Assembly (NCBI GenBank): GCA_001179505.1
Contig: CDMY01000385.1
Coordinates: 372,001 to 436,000, forward strand
Length of the DNA stretch: 64,000 nt
Direction of reading: 5' to 3'
Source of the DNA: Vitrella brassicaformis CCMP3155
Taxonomy: Eukaryota; Protista; Chromerida
This document shows, one piece after another, positions 35,611 to 49,200 of the stretch. The notes under the pieces were generated by a model. It did no database searches. It was given only the letters and a program-made list of their open reading frames with translations, and was not told where the DNA came from. Numbering within the stretch: position 1 is the stretch's first letter; each line of letters opens with the position of its first letter. The position numbers were made by a program, and so were the translations under genes.

Positions 35611-36357
35611 GCTCAACTGTACCTAAGGGCAGAAATCGACAGCATGCACAGGCAGAAAAGCATATAGCGACGCGCCACGGAGATCTCCGTGTCACATGCA
35701 GCATCTAGTCAGTCTCAAAGCATGACAGGCAGATCCACAGCCTCTCTGAGCCCCTGACCAGCCCCATGGAGGCCCAGAAGGCCCGTCACGCCAGATCTTT
35801 GACTCACCGATCGAAACGCAGCCTCAGCGGGAGAAACGCCTCATACTGTCCCCTTGGTAAAGCCTCGATCCACCACAGTCCTCCAACGACCGTGAATTCC
35901 CTTCGAAACTCGGGAAAACGGCAACTTGACGCCGCCGGATGAGCTCGCGGGATGGCGCCTTTCTTTCTCTTCAAACCGGACAAGAGACCGTCGCTTCCTG
36001 CGGCAGATGCTCAGATAGAGAGCCTTCTTTGCACCGGAAGAACCAGGGCGACAGCATCTCGCAGGAGAGGCCGGGGGTCCGGTGGAAAAGGAAGCCGGCT
36101 CGAGACGAGCTGCTTACGAGTCTTGAGGCACCGGCATCTATGGGATGGAACGCCCCTGCCTGCCTTGGAGAAAGAAGGGCAGAGGACAAGGCCCGAGGGC
36201 TGCCCGTCTCCTTCGTTTCACGGAGGAGGGAGCAGCTGACCCCTTCCTCCCGGGCTCACGCTCACCAGTCCTGCGCTTACCCTCGATTGAACCGGTCCCT
36301 TTATTCATTTCAGCCGACGAACGCTTCATCGCATCCTCCACGCGCCACAAGCAGCCC

Positions 36358-37827
36358 ATGGTGCCCTCCACCCTCCTCCTTCTCCTGTGCTGCACCGTGG
36401 GTGCATTCAACCCACCATCTCTGCGGCCGACGCAGAGATCTGCCACTCGACGCAACAAAGACATGGTGACGCGCAAGAGCTCATTGACGCGCATCCGAGA
36501 CGGCTTCAGGAGCCTTCGGGAAGAGCTGGCGAGGCGGGAGGAGATGGATCAGGCATTTGACCTCAAGAGAGGCATAATGCAGATCGGGGCGGCATGGTGC
36601 GAACGGCGCGGGGGGGAGAGATGGATCAATACGCGAGCATTCGTATGTGTATGTGTTCAGTGACCGTGGTCAGCAGGCAACGACAGCTCAGCGTCAAGAT
36701 GTGATGGCCATGATTGAACGGCTGGAGCGCCTGAGCCCCACCCAAGAGCCATCGAGACTGGTACGACACAAACAACCACCATCAACTCAAGGACAAGGGG
36801 AAACGGGGTTGTTTTCTCCTTGTCGACTGTCTTCGTTCAGCTTGAAGGCACGTGGCGCCTGGTGTATTCTGGCGAGAATCCAACGCGCTCATCGCCCTTC
36901 TGGTGGGCCACACGACAGCTATTCGGTACGCCCGCCGCCTGAATGCCAAAAGGATCACTCGTTTGTCCAGATCATGCTGTCTGCCTGTAACGTGCTTCAT
37001 CCAATCAGGCGGCGTCGCAGCAGACCTTCTGCGGCTGCGTGATCTTGTGGAGTCGGCCTATCGGTGGAGCGACATGATCCCAGTGACACGGACGGGCGAG
37101 GCCGTCCAGATGATCTCTGGTGAGTGAGTGAGTGAGTGAGTGGGTGAGTGGGTGAGCGGGTGTGCCGTCTGACACACCACACCTTTGTCAGGTTTGAGCG
37201 ATGGCGAGGGAGTTGGTTCGCTGGTCAACAGGATGCGCATATCGGTCTCGGGTGCTGGGTCTGGCATCTTCGAAACGACCGCAACGGTGGGGGAGATGAC
37301 GACTCTGTGACATCTGAATCAAGGGCCCACGTGATGGTTTGCACCTCCTCTCCTTGCTGTTCAGGTGCAGCAGAGCAGGAAGCACCCCGAGGTGCTTCGG
37401 TTGGACGTCGAGACCGAGAAGGTAACGGCAACGACCAACCAACACCTGTCGTGTTTGTTGTGTGTATACGTGGGTGCGCATTGGTATTCACCAATCAGAT
37501 CACTGATTCTTGGGTGCCGTATCTCTCCAATGTGGTGTTTCCCACCCAGCGCGTCTACGAACGCTTCCGTCGAGGCGCAGCAGAGGTGGGTGAAAGACCC
37601 ATCTTGCCGTTGCGTACACGGGCGCGTCTTTCTTCCATCAGCTGCGCATGACAACAACCTACATCGATGACGATATCCGGATCAGTCGCTACTTGTCCGA
37701 CGAAGCTTCGCGCGAGGTACGCAACTGGCACAGACCGCCTTGGCTCGGCATCACGGCGATGGGTCTTCCTCTACCTCTGTGTGTGTGTGTGCAGAAGGAC
37801 TTCGTGTACGTGTATTCGCGAGTGTAG
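36358..37827 (+). CDS. PAP/fibrillin-domain protein, probably plastid-targeted, multi-exon
   Basis: MVPSTLLLLLCCTVGA-F leader; CDRGQQATTAQRQDVMAMIERLERLSPT; LEGTWRLVYS; MTTTYIDDDIRISR; KDFVYVYSRV-stop. All are fibrillin hallmarks. Confidence 0.85.
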
Positions 37828-38482
37828 TCTGGCTCATTTCCGACTGGGATGATGGTGAAGGGATGATGTGGCACAGGGGGGGCTGTCGATAGCGCATGAA
37901 TGCATCGCTGGACCGGCGATAGGCGTGTAGAGCGTTTGTTGTAACTAGGCTAGGCAGCTGTACATAGTTGAGTCAAGCTGTGGAGTACGGTTGAGCTGTA
38001 GATACCTGCACACAGATCAGCGGCAGAGCTACATACCGAGTCTGTCAAATGAAGTCAGCGCGAATGACGACTGGATCTCTCAATTCGTCATTGCAAATCA
38101 GCGCTGCTCTGCCGCCACTGCACAGTTTCGTTGTGTGATGTCATTTGGCCCCATCAGCCCTGACCAATTATAAGCTCGCACCAGTGGCCTCGACCGAAAA
38201 CGTTTGCGATGAAGAGGAGGCATTAGCTGATCGTGAAGGTGCATACACAGCAAGGATAAGTGGAGCATTCGTGGACCATCAGCCAAAGACGAAAACAACG
38301 TTTCTCTGCTACTGATCCCGATGCGCTTCTGACTTTTTGAGGGCGGTGAGGGACTAGAGTGAGGACACAACGTCACTGCGACATCGGCTCGTCATTCCCT
38401 CACCCCTGCATTCATCCCGCTCACCCCCAAAACGCCCACTCTGATCCCCCTCCCCTCTCCATCGAGCGAAGAGCCCTCTGCA

Positions 38483-41400
38483 ATGGCCGATACGCCGCCC
38501 ACGGCACCCCGCCGCCTCCCCACTGCACCAGGGCGTCCATCAGCGTGTGCTCCCTCGCAGCCTTCGGCGAGAGTTTGGGGGCTCGGTTGGCGTTTGGCTT
38601 TGGTGACGGTGCTGGCTTGGCTGGGCACGGTGGTTGGTGACTTGCCTGTTCATTGTGAGCGTGATGACATCATTGGCGAGTGGGTGTTTGAGCTGACGCG
38701 TGAGTACGACCACAGGACCAGCTGTGGCCACTCACACCCTGACGACGAGCGATGCCAGCCTCTGCACAGTGAGTGGGTGGGTGGATGGACGGATGGGAGA
38801 GATGCCCCCCTCATTCATCCTTCACCTCTCTGTGTGTGTCAGGTTCCTTCAATGGCACTAGGACAATTGGGTTGAAGCTGACGGAGCCGAACAAGTGCGA
38901 GATGGACGACGGCAGCCGCTGCTCCTGGACCATGGTCTACGACGAGGCCTGGGACGTCAATGCAGAGGACCTTACCTTCCTGGCCTTCTCTCACTTTCGC
39001 CTTGTGCAGCCCAGCCTCCCTGGGGTGAGTGAGTGTGACCACACCACACCACAGACACTGCACACGTGCGTCCATGCATCATATCTCGCTGCGTTTGTCC
39101 TTGTGCTGTGCGGCACACACACCTGCCGTCTCGTCTGTCTGCTAGCAAAACACGCCCAAGGATTCTATCTGCACCGAGACGGAGGTGGGATGGTTCCACA
39201 ACTGGGCCACCGACAAGTGGGGCTGCTACAAGGGGCGCATGACCAAGCGATACCAACCAGAGGACAAGAAGTCCCCCTCATCATTGGACAAACGGCGGAC
39301 AGACATCGTCATGTCAAGGTCCTCTGTGCAGCACTCCCGGTCCGGCATCAGTGCCGCACTCGGCAGAGTTGCTCGTGGTGCCAGGGACGCCATTCGGCGC
39401 CAGTTCATGCCGCTGGCATTCCCCTCGCTGTCGTGGCGGCGGAAAGGTGCCCGGCGGCCGAGCGGGACCCTGGAGCCGGGTGTGGGTGGTGGGGAGCCGG
39501 GAAGGCTTAAGTTGGAGACGCGAGAGGGCTATGGGCGGGGGGGCGGGGAGAGCCCGCTGTCGATGCTGTTCGTGCAGGCCATTATCGACAAAGAGAAGCC
39601 GCTCTCGCTCGCACAGCACCAGGTGGGGAATGAATGCAATGCACCCATGGCCACGATGGATGGATGCATCAGCGGAGAACGCCTTAAGCGTACCGTATCC
39701 TGTTGTGTGTGTAGACGCTGGTGGACCACCTGAATCGGGTGATAAGTCACAACAAGGGCAGCTGGAAGGCCGCCGTCTACCCGCAGTTCGCCGGCAAGTC
39801 CTTCGAGCAGCTCAACCGAATGGCCGGTCTCCCGAGGGACGCACAGCAGCGCCACTTCCCCCCGCCCCACATGGCTGTGCCCGCCCATCCACACACCATC
39901 AGCCCGGAGGACTTCATCCAGACAGCCGCGTCTGTGACGCTCGCCTCCAAACACTATGCCAACCGCACTGCGTCGCAGCACCGGCATAGCGACGAGGCGC
40001 CCATTTCCGAGCCGTCTGCTCACTTGTACAGGGGATCTGATGTGGACACGGCAGAGTTTATGGACAACTTCTCATGGGGCAGCCAGATGGGCGGGGCCAA
40101 CTTCATGCGACCGGCAGTGGACCAGGGCGACTGCGGATCCTGCTACCTCGTGTCGACCATTAACATGCTCAATGCACGGTGCGTCACACGAACGGCGAAG
40201 GGCAGGTGTTTGTGTGTATGTGTCCATGTGTTTGTGGACGGCCATGTGTGTGTGTGTAGGTGGAAGATCAAGCATCCGGACGACCGTGACTTTGACGGTT
40301 TCAGCGAGGCGTTTGGACTGTCGTGCAGCGAATACAACCAGGGGTGCAAAGGCGGATACCCATTCATGGTACGGTCAGGTCAGGAGGGAGGGAGGGAGAA
40401 CGAGAGACCACCTGCGAAAATGTTACTAGACTATGTGTGCAGGTGGTCAAGTGGATGAGTGAGGTGGGTCTGCTGCCCCGCCGATGCGGCGGATACACTG
40501 CACAAGACAACTCATGCCACAAGGTCAGACAGACAGACAGACAGACAGGGAGACAGGGAATGAGGGAGGGATGGAGGGAGCCGACCATCACGTGGATGAT
40601 GGTCCTGTGGTCTCCTCTCCAGGGCCACGTAGCTAAGTCGTTCCGTCAGTGCCTGGACAATCCCCGGGTACCCAAGTACCGCGTCGCGCGATACGGCTAT
40701 GTGGGGGGCTACTACGGCGGATGCACTGAGGAGCTCATGATGCAGGAGCTATACAAGTAACCACACCTACACCCACACTCACACGTGTGCAAATGTGCTC
40801 CCCTCCCACATGTACTCGTGTGCGTCGGTCAGGAATGGTCCCATAACGGTATCGATAGAGCCGACGCCCGACTTCATGTACTACCATGAGGGCGTCTTTA
40901 GCGAGGGGGGCGAGGTCCAACACACAGACTGGATCAAGGTACGGACGTACGGTTTGTGGGTTGTGGACACCATCCATCCATCCATTTATCCCCTAATCTA
41001 TCACACGTACACCATAACTAAGCGTGGTTATGTGTGTGTTGTCCTTCCTCTGTCTGTCAGGTAGACCATGCCGTGCTGCTGGTCGGCTGGGGGCTGGAGA
41101 AGGGAGCCAACCCCCTGGTATGGCCAGTCAGTCAGCGACCGGGCCATCGCCGCCCGCCACACGCTCATCCATCTCATTCATCCATGTGTGTTGTGTGTCT
41201 GTATTAAATGTGCAGAGGTACTGGTTGGTTCAGAACAGCTGGGGCACCAACTGGGGCCTCAACGGCTACTTCAAGATAGAGAGGGGCCGCAACATCATCG
41301 GCATCGAAAGCGACGGCGTGTTCGCTGACGTCGACAAGATCCAGCACTCGCCCGCCACACTCAGCAGCTTCTATCACGTCAGACGCACCACTCCCTGCCT

Positions 41401-41633
41401 GCCCGACACGACAGCCCATACATGTCTCTGTCTGTCTGTCTGTGTGTCTGTCTGTCTGTGTCCAGCTGTTGAGTCCACCGAAGAAGGACGACATTGCGTG
41501 GCAGTATCACGACACGTGTGAGAGAAGTGAGGGCGGCGACGGGGAGGAGGCCTCTAACCTAGAGCTAGCAAGAAGGCGGGAGCAGCAAACGCATCCCATC
41601 AACGTCGACAGCGCCAGGAACATGCGCAGATAG
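38483..41633 (+). CDS. CTSC: Cathepsin C / dipeptidyl aminopeptidase (papain family C1), multi-exon
   Basis: Exclusion-domain start DLPVHC after a hydrophobic segment. Catalytic motifs [20 protein letters not shown] and [23 protein letters not shown]. Confidence 0.93.
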
Positions 41634-42586
41634 CCACTTCGCACCAACGACACCAACCAAGAGAGATAGCTGCAACGGTCCGCCCATCGTGGCCAGCTAG
41701 AGACAAGGTCGCTTGCTGCTGCTGAGTGACAAGGAGGGTGTGTGCAGGGGAAGGGTCGCTTTCCATTTGTGCAGAGGAAGGAATTAAGGGGAGGAGGGGG
41801 GCGAGGAGAGGGCCATGTACGTACATGTATATTTGCTTCCATCGATCACCAGTTCGCTCATTTGAGATGTCTATAGGGGGGGAGGGAGGGAGGGAGGGAG
41901 GGAGGAGGGAGGGAGGGGGGAAAGCCAGCCAGCTAGCACCTCGCTCTCAGAAGATAGTTCTGAGGCCACCGACCGAGACACACGACACGTGTATGTGAGC
42001 GCATGTGTGTGTACATGTATGCCGACCTCACCGCAATGTGTATGTCGACACCTACATGTCTGTCGGCTCATGAATTTGACTCATGTGAGTGGATGGATGG
42101 ATGGATGGACCTGTCTATCTTATCGCTCACGTGTCCGGCCGGCTGCTGCGGCAGTCTGTTCATTGAAGAAATAGTGAAGAGGGTGCCTGACGTCGAACCG
42201 GTGGGTGGAATGAAGCGCTTCTCGGTGACGAGTTGTGTTCGTGTATAGCTATGTAGGATACAGATCCAATCAATGAGAGTCTGCCAGCCATGGAGACGAA
42301 TGTCCAGTGCACAATCGCTCGTGCGCACTCATGTCAAGGCAATCTACTCACAAGCGAGAGAGGTCCGGTGCATGTCCAGATCTCTCTTGCTGTGGCCAAA
42401 CGACGATGACGGAGAGAGCACACGCCTGCCTGAGGTGCCTGAGTCCCTTGGAACACATCTACTACCGGTATACGTACAGATGCTACACAGCTCAGCTCAC
42501 TCACCCATCCACCGGCTGTACACACCCCACCCCTCACATACGCAGGCAGCTACATACCTACCGATCCCCCTTCCTGACCGCCTCCC

Positions 42587-43084
42587 TCACTCGCCCTGCT
42601 GCTGTTGCTCTCTCTGCTGTGCCCGCCTCTGCTCGGTCTGCATCTGGATGTGCAGGTTAACCGCCTGCAGGAACCGCTTCTTCTCGGCCAGCGGCCCCGC
42701 CGTCTGCGCCATCATGTCCTTGAGCATGTCCACCTTCCGCTGGCAGTACTTGACCGCATCAGGCACCGACTTGCGCACGTGGTAGCCCGTGCCGACGTCC
42801 ACCAGCACCGCCTCCGTGTTGGACAGCACCCCAGGCACATAGACCGACTGGGTGAGGGGGATGAGGGCCTGCGTGCCGCGGCTCTCGGGCGTGAGGGTGT
42901 CGAGTGCGGCCACCGACTCCTTGAAGCGGTTGGAGGCCAGCCTTGAACCATTGACGCTGGTGGTGAGTTTGATGATCTCCTGCTCCACCTGCTCCTTGAG
43001 CTGCACGAGGTTCTCCAGCGGCAGGCTGGCGATGGGGATCACCTGAGGGGAGGCGCCGCCTTCGCCGCCGCCTTCTGTCGCCAT
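42587..43084 (-). CDS. PFDN5: Prefoldin subunit 5 (alpha class), intronless
   Basis: IPIASLPLENLVQLKEQVEQEI...ALIPLTQSVYVPGVLSNTEAVLVDVGTGYHVRKSVPDAVKYCQRKV. Confidence 0.93.
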   Translation of the reverse strand: MATEGGGEGGASPQVIPIASLPLENLVQLKEQVEQEIIKLTTSVNGSRLASNRFKESVAALDTLTPESRGTQALIPLTQSVYVPGVLSNTEAVLVDVGTGYHVRKSVPDAVKYCQRKVDMLKDMMAQTAGPLAEKKRFLQAVNLHIQMQTEQRRAQQREQQQQGE

Positions 43085-43407
43085 TTCCAGAGCGATCCAT
43101 TTGCGAGCTTGAGATTTTGAGGGCAGGGGGAGATCTTGGCGGAAAAAGGTGCTGTGAGGCCATTTTATGGGCGGTGAGCCGATGAAGCTTGAAGATCTCT
43201 CCATTCTGCAAGTGTCTTTCCCGATTCTGTTCGTTGTAGGTGTGCTTTCTAACTGCTTCGACAGAGAAAGGGTATTGAGGACCGTTGAAGAGGCCAAGTC
43301 TGCTGCCCCTGCCGTTGGGTCAGATCGCAGTCAGAAGACAGCTCGAAAAATCGAAAGATGCTCGTCATTCTGTGTGCCTGTTTGCCTGCAGTGACCTGTC
43401 TACCGAG

Positions 43408-45651
<2,244 letters not shown>

Positions 45652-46244
45652 GTGTAGAACAAAAGAGGAGTCCCTGGGATCAATCCATATGTCCATGCCG
45701 CAGGCCTCACTGCTCGATGTGAGAGGCATGGGGTACACCTACATGTCCGTAATTCATGAATTTGTTGGCTTTACATCGTCACGCAGTGACGAATACATTG
45801 CAATGCATACACGTGGGGATGAGGAAAGAGAGGAGCGAAAGGGAAAGAGAGACATGACCTATCCCACATGCATTCATGGAACAGCCTGGTTACAGCCATT
45901 TCGTGTCGTTTCGTGAGCCAATTGGTCAAGAGACCATGTTGGTTTGTAGATTTCTTGTGTCGGTGGGTGTATGTACAAAGAAGGTGGACATTGTTCTCTG
46001 CTTTCTGGTGGTGTGAGTGTGTGTGAGTGCGAGTCTCGGATGCTGTGCTGGGAGCATATTTCTGGTGGACACGGCGGGACTTTCTGTGGCCAGAAAGACA
46101 CATAACACACACACTCACAGACAGAGACAGAGAGAAAACATAACGGACGAGAATCGGTCGAGCGGCCCCAAAGGTTTGTGTGCCCCCGCCTCCTCGTTCC
46201 CTCTTCCCTCCCCTCCCTCCCCCTCTCCTTCCGGAGCTCACGAG

Positions 46245-49200
46245 ATGTCCACTAGCAACGGTGGGGGGATGCCCTCCCCCTTGGACGCACCCCTCGACAT
46301 CCCCAAACTCTTCGATGTATCGGGGCTGCAGCAAGCATTCACCTGGGTGGTCCAAAAGCTACAAGTAAGCTCCGCATCCACAAAAGCAAGGCATTCAGCC
46401 CATCACCACCGCTGAACACATGACCCCTCCGTGCCTTATTGCTTGCAGTCGCACGAACAGACGATAAGGGCACAACAGGAACGGATTGCTGCCCTCACGG
46501 ATGCGTAAGGCGATGCACGACACTTGGACCATTGCTACGTTTCCTGGTCCCATCTCATCAGGAGGCCGGTTGCTCAGAATGGCGACCGGCAGTTCCAAAA
46601 ACTCACCGAACAACTCAGCACGGAAGCAGACCAGGCTGCTCAGGTACGTGTGAGGTGCCTCATATTCTGCAGCGGGTATGCACAGCATCCCTCCCTGCTG
46701 CTGCTCAGGTGTTGGGCAGCATCGAGCGCAAGATGGCTTCCCCCGAAGGCCCTGATGCAGCCTCGCCCGAACAGCCACCGTCGGTGCCCGAAGGAGAGTC
46801 ACCGCCGCCTCACCTCATCTCACCTGAAAGGAAACTCAGGTGAGCGAATCTTGAGGGACCGGGAAGTGCCTGAGGCTGTGGTCTTCGTACCTGGCGCTTT
46901 TTCTTCATCAGGAGCGCCCACGGGAGGGAGGAGTCGCCGCCCCCGCAGCTCGCCCCCCGCTCCCAGGCAGGCAGATCCTACGTCCTTGTCCTTCTGGTCT
47001 GCTGCATCTGTCGGTTGTCATCCTCCAGACCTTTGTGGGCACTACTCCCGTCATCTCGTCTTTGTCGCCGGTCCTGCGCCCACCTGGGGACAGCGGAACC
47101 GTGGCTGAATTGCAGGAGCGTGTCTCATCGATGCAGCGTCAGCTCCATGGCCTGGTATCATGCTCCTGAATTCGATGAGGCATGATACCGCCTCCCCTGA
47201 TCATCCCCTGAATTGCAGGTGGCTGTCCTGGCGCAGCAGGAGGGAGAAGCAGCGCCTGGCCAGCCAGGCACCAGGGCCTCGGCCCATGCAGTCAGCGTCC
47301 TCAAGTCAGACCTCCTGGGCAAGATAGAGAAGCTGGCCAAGGGGCTCGACAGCCTCAAGAACATACAGACAGAGACGGACAAACGCCCGGAGTCGGAGGG
47401 CAGCGCGAAGAGCCTGAAGGTCGTGGAGAGCGACAAAGGATCGCCAGCGGTAGAAAGAACCGAACATACTTCTTGATGATGGAAGCGGCCGGTTCTTGTT
47501 CTGTGCAGATCACAGGAGACATGCCTTTTGAGGCGGTGTGTCAGCGCGTGGCTAAGCTTGAAGAGAAGCTCGCCGATGCGGAGCGGCAGCTGCTGTCCGA
47601 GGGTACCAAGAGACGCCAGCTGACCGAAAAGAACCTACAGCACGAAAGAGAAAAGGACACGGGTGAGCGATGAGGGAGGAAATCTCCTCTGCCGTCATCA
47701 ATGCAGTTCATCTGTATTCCTCTTCCCTGTTCAGAAGGCAGTGGCAGTGGCAGCAGCAAGGGATCCCGGCCAGGCACCAGAGGCACCCCTGACAAGCAGC
47801 CAGACATCCTCGTGGTCGGTGCCGAGAGCCGCCTCACTCCGGATCATGGGAGCCTGCAGGAGTTCAAGCAACGTCTGGAGCGCTTGGAGGTGATGGCCAG
47901 TGTTTTGGGCGGCGACGAGCACACGGAGGATCTGATCGACCGCCTGAGAGACGAGGTCATGTCGGGGCCAGAGATGGCATCGGTCAGACAGCTGCCTGCC
48001 AAAGTCGCACAGCTGCAGGTAAGGCACATACAAACGGACACGTGTTCATCGTCACTGGATGACGAGGAGCATTCATATTGGTTTTCAGGAGCTGCTGAGG
48101 CAGAAAGGCATGTCTCCAGCGCCGAGCCCCCGCAACAGGCCCCGCAGTGATGCCAGCGGGTCAGATGAGAGCGCAGTGGCGTCCGATGCCGAGTTGACGC
48201 CCAGAGCGGCCCAGCAGCAAGCAGAGTTCGAGAAGCGCTTCCAAGCCGTTAAGAGGCATGCATGAGCGAATGCATACGCACCATGCCAACCTGCTGTGGA
48301 CAACAAGTCTCTGCATACGTCAGGTTTGATGCGAGTCTCAAGTACTGGCTTCGTCAGGAGCGTGAGGTTGTTAAGGACATGATAGTGCAGGCCCTCACTA
48401 ACGCCCGTGACCTGGAGGACAACTATGACCACTTCGACCTGGGCATCGCCGAGCCGCCGCCCCCGCCACCAGAGGCCGTGGAAGGAACCGGGCTGCCAGT
48501 GGTATGCATACACCTGCCAAACAACGCCCATTCTCAGTGAGTTTGGCTGCCATTGGTCAGGCTGCGACCAAGAAGGACGTAGATGCGCTAAAACGGATAA
48601 TCGATGACAACGAGAAGGAGCTCAAGACGGTCAAACGCGATTGCCAGCGGCTGAGCGTAGCCTTCAGTTCATTCAGGCACAAGAAGCGCCGTTCCGAGTT
48701 CATGGAGGGCCAGGTGGTGCATGGACTGTCTGAGGGAGATGAGAGCGGTGAGGGCGATGCCGGCAGCGGGTTGCGTCCCAAGGGGAGAGCCAAGAGTGTG
48801 GCGATCGCCCAGCAGACGCGAATCGACGCCATCGTCACGACGAGCGAGAGCGCGCGCAAGAGTCGGATCGAGCTCGAAGAGGAGGAAGAAGACATGGTAC
48901 AAGAGGAAGGGGATCACGCCGTACCTCGAATCGACGACGAGAGCATTGTGGAGCTGAACGAGAAAATCAAACGGTATGTGAATGCATACGGTGAGAGTGA
49001 CAGGTGTCTCTCCTGAAAATGTGTCAGAACGGAGGCCCTCGGCATGGCACTCAAGACGGACGTGGAGGCTCATAAGAAGAAGCACGAGGAGATACTCGCA
49101 CACACACACCTCCTCGAAATCACCAAACACCTGTACAGAAGCACTAACAGAGATAATCACGCAATCAATCACGTATATCTGTTTCTCAGTGACAGTTCTA

